Assembly (NCBI GenBank): GCA_965216875.1
Contig: OZ244207.1
Location: forward strand, 1,504,001-1,568,000
Direction: 5' to 3'
Length of the DNA: 64,000 nucleotides
Origin: Rubripirellula sp.
Lineage (GTDB): Bacteria > Planctomycetota > Planctomycetia > Pirellulales > Pirellulaceae
Both the position numbers and the translations under genes were made by a program. The notes under the pieces are model-generated. The model saw only the letters and a list, made by a program, of their open reading frames with translations, did not search any database and was not told the origin of the DNA. Positions 37,155 through 46,333 of the stretch are shown here, in pieces (positions within the stretch are counted from its first letter, which is position 1; each line of letters starts with the position of its first letter).

Positions 37155-38348
37155 CTATGGCGAAGCGCCGGAGGGTCCTGAAGACTTTCGACGCGGCCAG
37201 ACCACCAACGCGAAAGCAAACGCAGCCAACATTCCAAGCGAAACCGCGCCTATTGTTTTCGCAGAATACGACGAACTGGTATCGGCCGACGGGGCCGGAT
37301 CAGGCGACGGGGCCGGATCAGGCGACGGGGCCAGATCGGTCGAGTCCGCGTCGCCGCCACTTGGGATCGCTAGAAGTTGCGGATCGGTGATGGCCATCGA
37401 TTCGGCAACCACCACGTGATCACCGAGCAACTGTTGCCAGTTCGCGGCGATCATGACATCGATTCCTGGGTTAAGCGATTTGACGCTGCAACTGCATTCT
37501 TCAAACAGGTAGCTGCAGACGGAAACGACGGATGCTTCGCTGAATTCGGATTGCGACAGAGGTTCGATCATGCGTCCTCGGCCGAAAATGGGTATTGCAA
37601 AGGGTGGACGCGTGTCGCCGGCGATCCCGTCGGCCATTGCTTTGAGTGCGAGTTCGTTTGGATCATCGTTGCGAAGAACCACGGTCGCAAATTTGACTTG
37701 CAAAGGAATGTCGCAGCGCAGCACATCGTCCATCGAAGCCGACGGGTCTTCTTGCAGAACGCGGGCTGCGTCCTGCCGTTTGATCGCGCCCGCCGGGATG
37801 GAAAGCTGCGACTCTGCCTTGGCAAGGGCTTGGTTGAGACGCGAGCGGAATTGATTGTTCTCGGAAGGATCAGGCCCCTCGATGACGACCCAAACCGCAG
37901 AAGCACCTGACCCAAGTTCGGCGACAATTTGCTCCCGCACAGGAGACGATTGCCAGCGCCGAATGTTGCTGGTGGTCAAATCGCCCGTCCAGCAAATCTG
38001 TCGTTGCTTTGCGTCATTCTCGGGATAAAAGACTTGCAGCATCGGCGCGTCGTCGGTGCTGGCCAAGCCCTCGACCGACCAAAGTTCGGCATCGGTCAGC
38101 TTTGCAAGGTCGATCACCTCAACATTGACGTTAAGGCGTCGGCGGTCGATCGCCTCAAGCTCTCGTAGCGCGACTTGGACGCTTTCGCTTGGCTCGCCGT
38201 TGACGATCGCGACCATGCTGTAGTTGTCAGCGGGCCACCGCTCAAGCGCGTAGCGAAAGACCGGGATCTTGCAGGCATGCGCGATACTCAAGGAAACGAG
38301 CCAGGTGCCTAGTAGAACGGAAAGGAAAAGGGAAGAACGTTTCATCAT
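37155..38348 (-). CDS. Exported, C-terminally anchored hypothetical protein with Cys motifs
   Basis: ATGA overlap with the upstream gene. Signal peptide ends AHA-CKIPVFRYALERW; contains PIFGRGR, CSYLFEECSCSVK and a C-terminal TM segment. Confidence 0.8.
   Translation of the reverse strand: MMKRSSLFLSVLLGTWLVSLSIAHACKIPVFRYALERWPADNYSMVAIVNGEPSESVQVALRELEAIDRRRLNVNVEVIDLAKLTDAELWSVEGLASTDDAPMLQVFYPENDAKQRQICWTGDLTTSNIRRWQSSPVREQIVAELGSGASAVWVVIEGPDPSENNQFRSRLNQALAKAESQLSIPAGAIKRQDAARVLQEDPSASMDDVLRCDIPLQVKFATVVLRNDDPNELALKAMADGIAGDTRPPFAIPIFGRGRMIEPLSQSEFSEASVVSVCSYLFEECSCSVKSLNPGIDVMIAANWQQLLGDHVVVAESMAITDPQLLAIPSGGDADSTDLAPSPDPAPSPDPAPSADTSSSYSAKTIGAVSLGMLAAFAFALVVWPRRKSSGPSGASP
37287..37337. 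repeat. 18-bp coding tandem repeat (about 2.8 copies)
   Basis: CGACGGGGCCGGATCAGG repeated, encoding the APSPDP linker. Confidence 0.9.
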
Positions 38349-39712
38349 CGAGCCGAAAACGCGTAGATGTGCCCCTGGCCCGTGCTCACAAAAAGCATCT
38401 CTTGGGCGACGGCTAATCCGTGGGCGACCCCTTCGACATCGTGACGCCATTGCAATTTGCCACTTTCGGCATCGTAGGCACGCACTTCGTGGTTGAGTCC
38501 GACGATGATCGAGTTTGCTGTCTTGATCAATCCACTCGGTGGTGGGCAGGCAACTTCCCATCGCCACGCGGCGGCTTGTCTCTTCGTCGCCTCGTTGAGT
38601 GCCGCTTGCGCTTTCTCTTTAATGTTGCCGTCGGTCACCTTTTTGTCCCCGAGGATCTGACGGTTCGTCGCTGCATCGATTTGGGCTTGAACGTATTGAG
38701 ACCGACTGAGGCGTTTCAACTGGTCGGCGATCGGCACCCACGCATCATCACCGTCGACGAGGATTCGGTTGGCACCACTAAAGGTTGCAACGTGTTGCCG
38801 ATCGTCGGCGGTTGCGACGCGCACTTGTTCGTCATTGGCCCGTTGGTGTTGCGGTCCCGCCAAAAGCATTTCATCCTCGGTCAACACACAGAAGACTCCG
38901 CCCGCTTCACCGATCGCACCAAGAGGTTTTCCATTGTCGATGTCAAACGTGAGCGGCGCGGCACGGCCCTGAGGCACGTAGATGCGTTTCGATGAAGCAA
39001 GGAGAGCGCCCTGCAGCGTGACGCCCGATAGATCTCGCTGGAAGCAACCATCACCGTCGACGCTGCCGTCACTCGCATCGACACTCCACAGATACGAGGG
39101 TTCCCACGGAACGAGTGAAGCTGCAAACGATGCCGTTCCGCCGCGCAGCATCACTGTCGTCCGTACCGGCCACATCGAAATGATCTTACGGTTGCTGGTG
39201 ATGTGGCGGTTGTTGGGCGACGCGCTGCGTTTCCAAACAACGTTGCCGGTTTGTTGGTCGCAACAGTAGACGTGCCCGTCGTCGGACCCAAAATAGGCGC
39301 GGCCCGAATCCAACGTGGGTGGCAAACGTACCGCTGAATCAGTGAAGCAGACCCATTGTTCGTCACCGGTTGCCGCATCGAGTGCATGAACTGCGTCGTC
39401 GACTGAAGAACCGAAAAAGACGAGCCCATTTTCTGCGGTGACATAAAAACAGGGATCAAAGTTCCGCATCGACTGCAGACCGCTGTTCGTCGAATAGGCA
39501 TCCCACTTGGCAGGCCCCGTCCATGCCATTTGCGGTCGGTGTTTTGAACGCCGGACCCAAGTTTGTCGCAGCGGGAAATCGAGACGGTCGGTCGTCACGC
39601 CGCTGCGACGATTGTCGTGGCGATAGGTCGGCCAATCTTCAGCGAGTGATGCATTGCACGCGACCAACGAAGCGAAAAGTGCGAACAGGATGCCTCGATT
39701 TCGCTGCATCAT
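38345..39712 (-). CDS. Secreted PQQ-binding-like beta-propeller protein
   Basis: Signal peptide, DWPTYRHDNRRSG, and ALDAATGDEQW / CCDQQTGNVVW / AYDAESGKLQW repeats. Confidence 0.88.
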   Translation of the reverse strand: MMQRNRGILFALFASLVACNASLAEDWPTYRHDNRRSGVTTDRLDFPLRQTWVRRSKHRPQMAWTGPAKWDAYSTNSGLQSMRNFDPCFYVTAENGLVFFGSSVDDAVHALDAATGDEQWVCFTDSAVRLPPTLDSGRAYFGSDDGHVYCCDQQTGNVVWKRSASPNNRHITSNRKIISMWPVRTTVMLRGGTASFAASLVPWEPSYLWSVDASDGSVDGDGCFQRDLSGVTLQGALLASSKRIYVPQGRAAPLTFDIDNGKPLGAIGEAGGVFCVLTEDEMLLAGPQHQRANDEQVRVATADDRQHVATFSGANRILVDGDDAWVPIADQLKRLSRSQYVQAQIDAATNRQILGDKKVTDGNIKEKAQAALNEATKRQAAAWRWEVACPPPSGLIKTANSIIVGLNHEVRAYDAESGKLQWRHDVEGVAHGLAVAQEMLFVSTGQGHIYAFSAR

Positions 39713-41886
39713 TTTTCACTCCCTTCGAGGTCCGGCATCGGAGCGAAACCAATCGATGTTTCCATCCAGCCACCGCAAGAACATCCGCCGCCCCCTTCGG
39801 GCGAAAAGAGCATGCCTTGGGCAGGGACTGTACTGAGCCAACAACTGGGACGTAACCGTGCGAACTCGCTGCGGCTATCATTCTTGAGCGACCAGAGACT
39901 GAGTGGTCCCGATCCGCCGCGATAGATGATTGAATTTCCCGCACCGATTGGCGTTGCGCATCCGCGACGTTTGCCGAGCGTTCCCGATTTGACGATTTGG
40001 CCGTTGGTCGCATCAAGGATGTGAGGCTGAACAAAGAGCTGCCCATTCATCAAGACGGCGTGTTGAACGTGAGCGCCGTGATGGTCCTCAGGCCAGGCGA
40101 CTGACCGAGTCCACCGCGGCTGGCCTGAATCGGCTGTCATCGAGACGAAGTGAAAAGCGTTCTTGCCGGAGGTCTGCAAAATGAACTGTTCGTCATCTGC
40201 GATCCCAAAGCTAACGATTGCCTCGTGATCTTGCGGCGGTACTTTGGCTTTCCATAACTCTTCACCAGTCGTGAGGTCGAGGCAAACGACCGATGCGGCG
40301 TGCCAGAGCTTGGCGTTCTCGAGTTTTGACGATTCGAGTTCTCGCAGTGACGGGTCGTCGATCTGGACGAAGTAGATCTTGTTGCCGTTGATGGTGATTG
40401 TGGAGTTCACGATCGCATCGGCGGCATGCTGCCACTCAATACTGCCGTACGCTTTGTCGTATCCGACGACGAGGTTGCTGCAAACCTTGGCGGTTGCTGC
40501 ATCGTCTTTGCCATCGTACCACGCCGCTTTGTTCCAAAAGGTCGAATACGCGCTCCCCTGCTTGACCGCTGTTCCCACCACGCGATCGTCTGTCACCGCG
40601 ACATAACCCCACTGATACCCTTGTTGCCGTTCCTCGGGCAAATACAAAGTCCGCTCGACGTTTCCATTGGCGGCATCGATCATCCATAGCTTGTCTCGAA
40701 CCGCAGCAAAAACGTTCGTTTCATCGGCGCACCAATTGGCTGAATCACGGGGGATGTTGACGCGTCGCAGGTCTGGTATTTCGAGCGACCACAGCACCGC
40801 ACCGTTGAAAGCGTCGAGTGCGATCACCCGGTTCATGCCTTGGTGGAACAGCCGACCACCGACGGCCAGCGGCGCGGGCATGCGCGGGTTACGATCAATT
40901 CCAAAGTCAGCGCCCGGTTTACCAAGCCACTTGACCTTCAGTTCACTCGCATCATCAACACCGCCCAACGTCTCGCCCGAATAGGACGTGTTGGCAGCCG
41001 AGCCATATTGGTGGCCCCAAGCGGGCAGGGAAGGAGGATCAGAACGTGTACCGACTTGCCCTTGGCTCGGTGAGACTCCCGCGATCTCGACCCATTCGAA
41101 TCCCGCGTCGTGTGGCGGGCTGCCCAGGGAAATGACTTTGCCCAGCGGCGCAAGAAGATCGGCGACTTTCGCAATGTCATCCTTCGGCGCGACCAAGATA
41201 TTTGCAAAGGATTTTGGCAGTGCATCGAGTCGCTTGACATTCAACCGGATGCCGTAATCCTCGTCGGCGTACCAGGAGGCTCGAAGCGACTGCTGAAGTG
41301 ATTCATCGTTGGTCGCATAGACGACCGTCATCGAGGTTTCCGATGCGATCAATTTGGCCCAGTCTGGATTGACGCCATCGACCACAACAGCGAACCCACC
41401 TCGTTGAGGTAAGTGTTTGACAATGGCGCGAGGAACGCTGGCGTTTACCTTTGTCTTGACTACGGGTGGCGCATAATTCATCGCACCTTCGAGTTGAAAG
41501 ATATCACTAAACAAGCGCGTGCTGTCGCGCCGAATTCCGAAGCGGTACCAATAGTCTTTGCCCGGAATCAGTTGGTCAACGATGACGGTGTGAACGGTGT
41601 CCTTCGATTTCGAAACGGCAAGCATGCCCATTCTGCGCGTCGGCCCATAAGCGAGGACCGATGGTCCCGGCGCGTCGGTTTCCCATCGAAACTCGGCCGA
41701 TGTGGGGGTGAGAAAGCGGACGCTCGGATTGACCTGCAACGATTCGGATTGAGAATTGCTTCGCTTGGGCTCGGGGGACTCATCGGCAAACAACGGGCAC
41801 CACGCAACGAGCGAGCCTATCGCAAAAAGAAAGGTGCTCGTTGCTGCACGAAAGTTATCGTGGGACCTTCGAAACCTGGCGGGCAC
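39709..41886 (-). CDS. Secreted protein: FN3-like domain, middle domain, and PQQ-like beta-propeller with Cys-rich C-terminus
   Basis: Signal peptide, FRWET..HTVIVDQLIPGKDYWY (FN3-like), WGHQYG, ALDAFNGAVLW repeats, and RRGC, RPSCW, GGCSC. Confidence 0.85.
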   Translation of the reverse strand: MPARFRRSHDNFRAATSTFLFAIGSLVAWCPLFADESPEPKRSNSQSESLQVNPSVRFLTPTSAEFRWETDAPGPSVLAYGPTRRMGMLAVSKSKDTVHTVIVDQLIPGKDYWYRFGIRRDSTRLFSDIFQLEGAMNYAPPVVKTKVNASVPRAIVKHLPQRGGFAVVVDGVNPDWAKLIASETSMTVVYATNDESLQQSLRASWYADEDYGIRLNVKRLDALPKSFANILVAPKDDIAKVADLLAPLGKVISLGSPPHDAGFEWVEIAGVSPSQGQVGTRSDPPSLPAWGHQYGSAANTSYSGETLGGVDDASELKVKWLGKPGADFGIDRNPRMPAPLAVGGRLFHQGMNRVIALDAFNGAVLWSLEIPDLRRVNIPRDSANWCADETNVFAAVRDKLWMIDAANGNVERTLYLPEERQQGYQWGYVAVTDDRVVGTAVKQGSAYSTFWNKAAWYDGKDDAATAKVCSNLVVGYDKAYGSIEWQHAADAIVNSTITINGNKIYFVQIDDPSLRELESSKLENAKLWHAASVVCLDLTTGEELWKAKVPPQDHEAIVSFGIADDEQFILQTSGKNAFHFVSMTADSGQPRWTRSVAWPEDHHGAHVQHAVLMNGQLFVQPHILDATNGQIVKSGTLGKRRGCATPIGAGNSIIYRGGSGPLSLWSLKNDSRSEFARLRPSCWLSTVPAQGMLFSPEGGGGCSCGGWMETSIGFAPMPDLEGSEK

Positions 41887-41969
41887 AACAAGCCTTTCTG
41901 GTCAGAGACAGACAACGGAACACAGGGGAGGGCGCCGCAGCTGCGCTCGCCATCACGATGGGTGGGACT

Positions 41970-42019
41970 GCCCTTTCGGGCAAATGGCAGCAACGCCCTT
42001 TCGGGGAAAAGGCAGCAAC
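41970..42019 (-). repeat. Tandem 25-bp direct repeat forming GAAA-tetraloop hairpins on the minus strand
   Basis: GCCCTTTCGGGCAAATGGCAGCAAC / GCCCTTTCGGGGAAAAGGCAGCAAC (23/25 identical). Confidence 0.8.
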
Positions 42020-42111
42020 GAGGACAGCTACGGAGGGGATGCGAATATTCTAGCAGATCACGATCACGAAGGACGCGTCGATGATCTGATGGGACCCTTG
42101 AACCGAGCGGG

Positions 42112-42642
42112 CTATCGTTCGCCATTCGGGTCGATTCTGAAGTCGAGTCGATCGATTTCAACGATGTCGTTGCCGTCACCTGAAAGGAGAATGTTACTTG
42201 CACCGCTGTGTTGGGATCGGAAAAGGATGTCCTGCGCGGGTCCACTCATGTCGTGGCCAGCACCGCCCTCCAGGAATCGGTTTTCACGAACCAGCAGGTC
42301 GCTACCGGCCTCGCCCAGGACGATGTCGTTGCCAGCTCCGCCAAACAGGATGCCATCGGGCTTTGCGTGCGGTCCACCACCGGGTCCAGGGGCCGTGATG
42401 ATAGTGAGCGCCGCATCGACGGATTGAGCATCAAGTGCCGTCACATTTGCACTGGATGACGAATGATTAGCAACGATTTTCTGGACCGCGGGAAGGAGCA
42501 ATTGAGCCTCGCTGGGCTCGGCGACCAATTGGGGAGCTTCGCCAATGTCGGCTGCCATCAAGCGGCGGTCTTCACAGCGTTCCAAATTCAGTTTGCGAGG
42601 TGCGGGGCGATGTGGCGCGGTTTTCTTTGTTGATCGAAACAT
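42112..42642 (-). CDS. Small secreted protein with planctomycete export motif and RTX-like Ca-binding repeats
   Basis: ATG 42642 follows GAAGG. Contains LNLERCEDRRLMAAD, GGAGNDIVLGEAGSDLL, GGAGHD and GDGND. Confidence 0.78.
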   Translation of the reverse strand: MFRSTKKTAPHRPAPRKLNLERCEDRRLMAADIGEAPQLVAEPSEAQLLLPAVQKIVANHSSSSANVTALDAQSVDAALTIITAPGPGGGPHAKPDGILFGGAGNDIVLGEAGSDLLVRENRFLEGGAGHDMSGPAQDILFRSQHSGASNILLSGDGNDIVEIDRLDFRIDPNGER

Positions 42643-42876
42643 GGTCTTGCCTTCAGGAATTGCGTGCTTGGCGTGCCAGCCGTTTTGCTGGCCATCGAAA
42701 GCAGGTACGACGGCCAAGAGAAAACCTTTCAGAGAAATGTGAAAACTTCCGAAAGGCCGTAATTCCCGGGGCTAGAGCAATCTTTGAGGGAAACGCTGGA
42801 GAGAAAAAACGACTAGAATTGGGATCTCGTTCCCTTTCCATTCCGCGAGCGGCCGGCGATTGACCTCGAATTTGCC

Positions 42877-43467
42877 ATGACGGACCAAATGCAAACTCGG
42901 GCGTCGTTGCTACTCAAGCTACGTGATCCCGACGACGAACAAGCTTGGTCGGACTTTGTCACCCTCTACGCCCCACTGATCCACGCGTACTTACGGAAAC
43001 GGGGTGTTCAAGATGCGGATGCTGCTGACTTGACCCAGGAGGTTTTGCAAACGGTCTCGCAGCAAGCGCATGCCTTTGATTACGACAGCGCCAAAGGCAA
43101 GTTTCGGGGGTGGTTGTTCACGATCACGCTCAACAAACTTCGCGACTTTTCTCAGCGACGCAAACGCCAGGCTTCGGCTTCGGGAAAGACGGAGGTGGTT
43201 GAGTTGCTACACGACCTTCCCGAACGTGAAGCCGAAGACCTCTGGGACAAAGAGTATCAGTGGCGGCTGTTCCATTGGGCGGCTGATCGGGCTCGGCCTG
43301 ATTTTCGAGGCAACACGTGGGATGCCTTTTGGAAGACGGCGGTCGAGGATCTCCCCGTTAAAGCCGTTGCCGAGGAACTAGGGATGTCTGTTGGCGCCGT
43401 CTACATTGCCAAGAGTCGGGGGCTGTCGCGAATTCGCCAAATCATCGAGGAAGTCGCCGATGAGTGA
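42877..43467 (+). CDS. ECF RNA polymerase sigma factor
   Basis: TRASLLLKL..AWSDFVTLY, DAADLTQEV, KFRGWLFTI and VAEELGMSVGAVYIAKSR. Confidence 0.95.
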   Translation: MTDQMQTRASLLLKLRDPDDEQAWSDFVTLYAPLIHAYLRKRGVQDADAADLTQEVLQTVSQQAHAFDYDSAKGKFRGWLFTITLNKLRDFSQRRKRQASASGKTEVVELLHDLPEREAEDLWDKEYQWRLFHWAADRARPDFRGNTWDAFWKTAVEDLPVKAVAEELGMSVGAVYIAKSRGLSRIRQIIEEVADE

Positions 43468-45721
43468 GGCGCAGAGCAGAAACGATTCGGGAGATGCACA
43501 AGATTGCCCAACCGAATCCGAGTTCAGCAAGCTTCTCACTGGAGACTTGTCGCCGGTCGACGAACGCAAATTCGAAGAGCACATCAGTGGCTGCGAGGCG
43601 TGTCAATCAAGGCTTGAACGCCAACTCGATTCGGTTCACACCATTCCTCCGGATGCTCAGCTTGGTTTCCAGCCTCCCAGTTCAGGCGAACTGGAAAGGG
43701 TGATGCAGGCGCTCAAAGGCGACCAGACTCGGCCCCAGTCCAAGCGAGCCTCAACCACAGAAGTCGTTGGTCGGCTGTTGACCGAATCGCCGAATCGTGA
43801 CGCCCTTGGACGGCTCGGTGATTACGACGTCCTTGAAGTGCTTGGCCAAGGTGGCATGGGAATCGTTTTCAGGGCTCAAGACTTGACGCTCGATCGGATC
43901 GTCGCGGTCAAAGCGTTATTGCCCGCCTTTGCCGCAGATTCCTCGGCGCGTGATCGTTTCGTGCGCGAGGCGAAAGCGGCGGCATCGATTCAACATCCGA
44001 ACGTGGTCACGATGTTTGCGGTGGGTGAAAGCTTGCAGACGCCGCTGTTGGCGATGGAATATGTCGAAGGCGAAACGCTTGCGGATCGAATCGAACGTGG
44101 CAGTCTTGAAAGTGAAGAACTGCTGCGAGTCTCGCTTGACCTCGCATCGGCGTTGGAGGCGGCGCATGGGCGAAACCTGATTCATCGCGACATCAAACCC
44201 TCAAACGTTTTGGTCGATTCATCAACAGGTCGGGCAAAGATCTCCGATTTCGGCTTGGTCAAAGCAGTTGATGATTCGTCGCAGTTGACCGTTAGCGGTG
44301 CGGTCATGGGCACGCCTGAGTTCATGTCGCCCGAGCAAGCCGGTGCATTGGTGCCTCTGGATGAACGCAGTGATCTTTTTAGCTTGGGCGTTCTGCTTTA
44401 TGCCGCAGCAACAGGCAGCTCGCCATTCCGTGGCGCATCCATGGTGGCCACTCTTCGGCGCGTTTGCGACCACCACCCACAACCACTCGCGTCGGTCGCG
44501 CCGAACCTGCCCGGTTGGTATTGCCAATTGGTTGATCGCCTGTTGCAGAAGTCTCCGAGCGATCGAATTCAAAGTGCACAAGAGCTTTCCGAGGCACTCA
44601 ATCGCCGATCGCTCTCCGAATCCGCGGAGGTCAAACAGACGATGGGGCGGCGCGCTGCCATCGCAGGCGCCATGGCGACGGCCGCTTTGGGTATGGGCTA
44701 TCTGCTAACAAGACCCGGTAAGGAGGAGGCGACCGATGAGCTTCCCGAAGGGTTTTATACCGCTGGAAATCGGCGGCATGACGACCTCGTTGCTGCGATC
44801 GAATCAGCCGAGGATGGAGACACGATCGTCGTTCGCAGTAACGATGAGCACGCGTTCGAAAGTGTGCGATTGGAAACCAAAAGGCTGACGATTCAGGCCG
44901 GCAAAGGGTACATGCCCGTCTTTGTAGGAGGCGACGATCATGGCCAGCCCGCGTTTCACACCGATTCGGATTTGAAGGTCGAAGGTTGCGTTTTCAAGTG
45001 GTCAGTCTCCGATTCGGACGGGATTGGTCTCGAACGCGCGGTCATCGTCGGCGACGGTGGATCGCTCACGATTCGCAATTGCGAGTTCGAGATTGCTGGG
45101 CGGTTTAGCGCCGTCGCTTCACGCGGCGAAGCGTCGATCGAGAACTGTGTTTTCCGCGCGCCCGAGGGAGCAGCCGTCACGCTGTTTACTTCCGACGCCG
45201 GAAGACTGAACGTCGACAACACTCGATTCGATGGACGCGTCGCGTTGGTTCTGTTTGCGGAACAAGCCGAGCGTCCGACGACCGCAAAACTGACCGGGTG
45301 TTTGTTTCAAACTGCCAGCGCGATGGAAATCCGGCAATGGCCCACGGAAGGACATTGCCTGGACATCGACGCGTCATCGTGCACATTCGCCGTATCGTCG
45401 CATGTGCTTGGCGACGAAAATTTGTTTGGGTTCGCCGATCGCGGCGATGTGATGAAGCGACTTGCCCAGCACTTCAGTTGGGTCACGGACCGAGCGAACC
45501 GTTACGTCGGAATCAACCATTTCGTTCTGTTGAAACGACGCCGCGGTCGTTTCTCGTTCTCCATCGACGCCGTCAACGACTGGAATGATCTTTGGCAGAT
45601 CGACAATGAAGCAATGCTGATGCCGAGGGATGAAGCGGTGTTGGCCGTGGAGGACCCACAATGCCTTGGCCCTGGGGCCCGCTTTGATACTTGGCGGTCA
45701 CAGTCCACGGCTAGACCTTAG
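43460..45721 (+). CDS. Membrane Ser/Thr protein kinase with N-terminal ZAS-like zinc finger and extracytoplasmic beta-helix-like domain
   Basis: HISGCEAC, GQGGMGIV, VAVK, HRDIKPSN, DFG and GTPEFMSPEQ, followed by a TM segment and IRNCEF/IENCVF/LTGCLF repeats. Overlaps the sigma gene by 8 nt. Confidence 0.94.
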   Translation: MSEAQSRNDSGDAQDCPTESEFSKLLTGDLSPVDERKFEEHISGCEACQSRLERQLDSVHTIPPDAQLGFQPPSSGELERVMQALKGDQTRPQSKRASTTEVVGRLLTESPNRDALGRLGDYDVLEVLGQGGMGIVFRAQDLTLDRIVAVKALLPAFAADSSARDRFVREAKAAASIQHPNVVTMFAVGESLQTPLLAMEYVEGETLADRIERGSLESEELLRVSLDLASALEAAHGRNLIHRDIKPSNVLVDSSTGRAKISDFGLVKAVDDSSQLTVSGAVMGTPEFMSPEQAGALVPLDERSDLFSLGVLLYAAATGSSPFRGASMVATLRRVCDHHPQPLASVAPNLPGWYCQLVDRLLQKSPSDRIQSAQELSEALNRRSLSESAEVKQTMGRRAAIAGAMATAALGMGYLLTRPGKEEATDELPEGFYTAGNRRHDDLVAAIESAEDGDTIVVRSNDEHAFESVRLETKRLTIQAGKGYMPVFVGGDDHGQPAFHTDSDLKVEGCVFKWSVSDSDGIGLERAVIVGDGGSLTIRNCEFEIAGRFSAVASRGEASIENCVFRAPEGAAVTLFTSDAGRLNVDNTRFDGRVALVLFAEQAERPTTAKLTGCLFQTASAMEIRQWPTEGHCLDIDASSCTFAVSSHVLGDENLFGFADRGDVMKRLAQHFSWVTDRANRYVGINHFVLLKRRRGRFSFSIDAVNDWNDLWQIDNEAMLMPRDEAVLAVEDPQCLGPGARFDTWRSQSTARP

Positions 45722-45783
45722 CAAACAACTGGCTTTTCTGTCGCTGCGTAATCTGCGCCACGCAGTGACGGCGGCTTGTTTGC
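45721..45783. terminator. Extended imperfect stem-loop after the kinase stop codon
   Basis: GCAAACAA/TTGTTTGC outer stem and CTGTCGCTGCGT/ACGCAGTGACGG inner stem. There is no strong U-tract. Confidence 0.4.
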
Positions 45784-45931
45784 ATTTCTACATGTGGCCT
45801 TCACACTCCCGGCTGCGCTTTCTGATAGATTTCAATGAGTGAATGCAGGAACCGGTGGCGGCTGATACCGCGTCGGCTCGTCGACGCTCCTGCTGCTGAT
45901 TGATCTGTTTCAGAGCGAAAGGAGCTCTTCA

Positions 45932-46294
45932 ATGTCGGTAGAAATCGTCGAAGATGTTGCCGGAAAGCTGCTCACCATTCAAGTCAGTGGCAAGCTATCA
46001 GCGGAGGACTACGAAACGCTGGAGCCCCGTGTTGACGCCATGATGGAGTCTTGTGGGCGAATCAACATCCTGTTCTTGATGCACGATTTTCACGGATGGG
46101 AACTCGGTGCGGTTTGGGAAGACATCAAGTTTGCGACCAAGCATTGCAGCGATATCAACAAGGTCGCGATGGTTGGCGAAAAGTCCTGGGAAAAGTGGAT
46201 GGCTACCATCTGCAAGCCATTCACCAAATCGTCGATCAAATATTTCGACGCTGATGACAGCGATGCGGCACGCGAATGGGTAAACTCGGAATGA
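45932..46294 (+). CDS. SpoIIAA-like (STAS/SEC14) domain protein
   Basis: AAAGGAG RBS; SGKLSAEDY, DFHGWELGAVWED, KVAMVG..W and AREW. Confidence 0.9.
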   Translation: MSVEIVEDVAGKLLTIQVSGKLSAEDYETLEPRVDAMMESCGRINILFLMHDFHGWELGAVWEDIKFATKHCSDINKVAMVGEKSWEKWMATICKPFTKSSIKYFDADDSDAAREWVNSE

Positions 46295-46333
46295 CGCTCC
46301 ATCACCGGTCCATTAGATAAGAAGGGTCTTGGC

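Noticed and set aside
37287..37337. REP-derived insertion in a CDS (shares GGCCGGATCA with REP family A)
   Set aside because: The match is only 10 nt, with no GTAG and no second stem half. An in-frame APSPDP linker expansion explains it.
45848..45874. ECF-type promoter GGAAC...CGTC upstream of the SpoIIAA-like gene
   Set aside because: The spacing is 18 nt rather than the usual 16-17, and the motif is too short to support.
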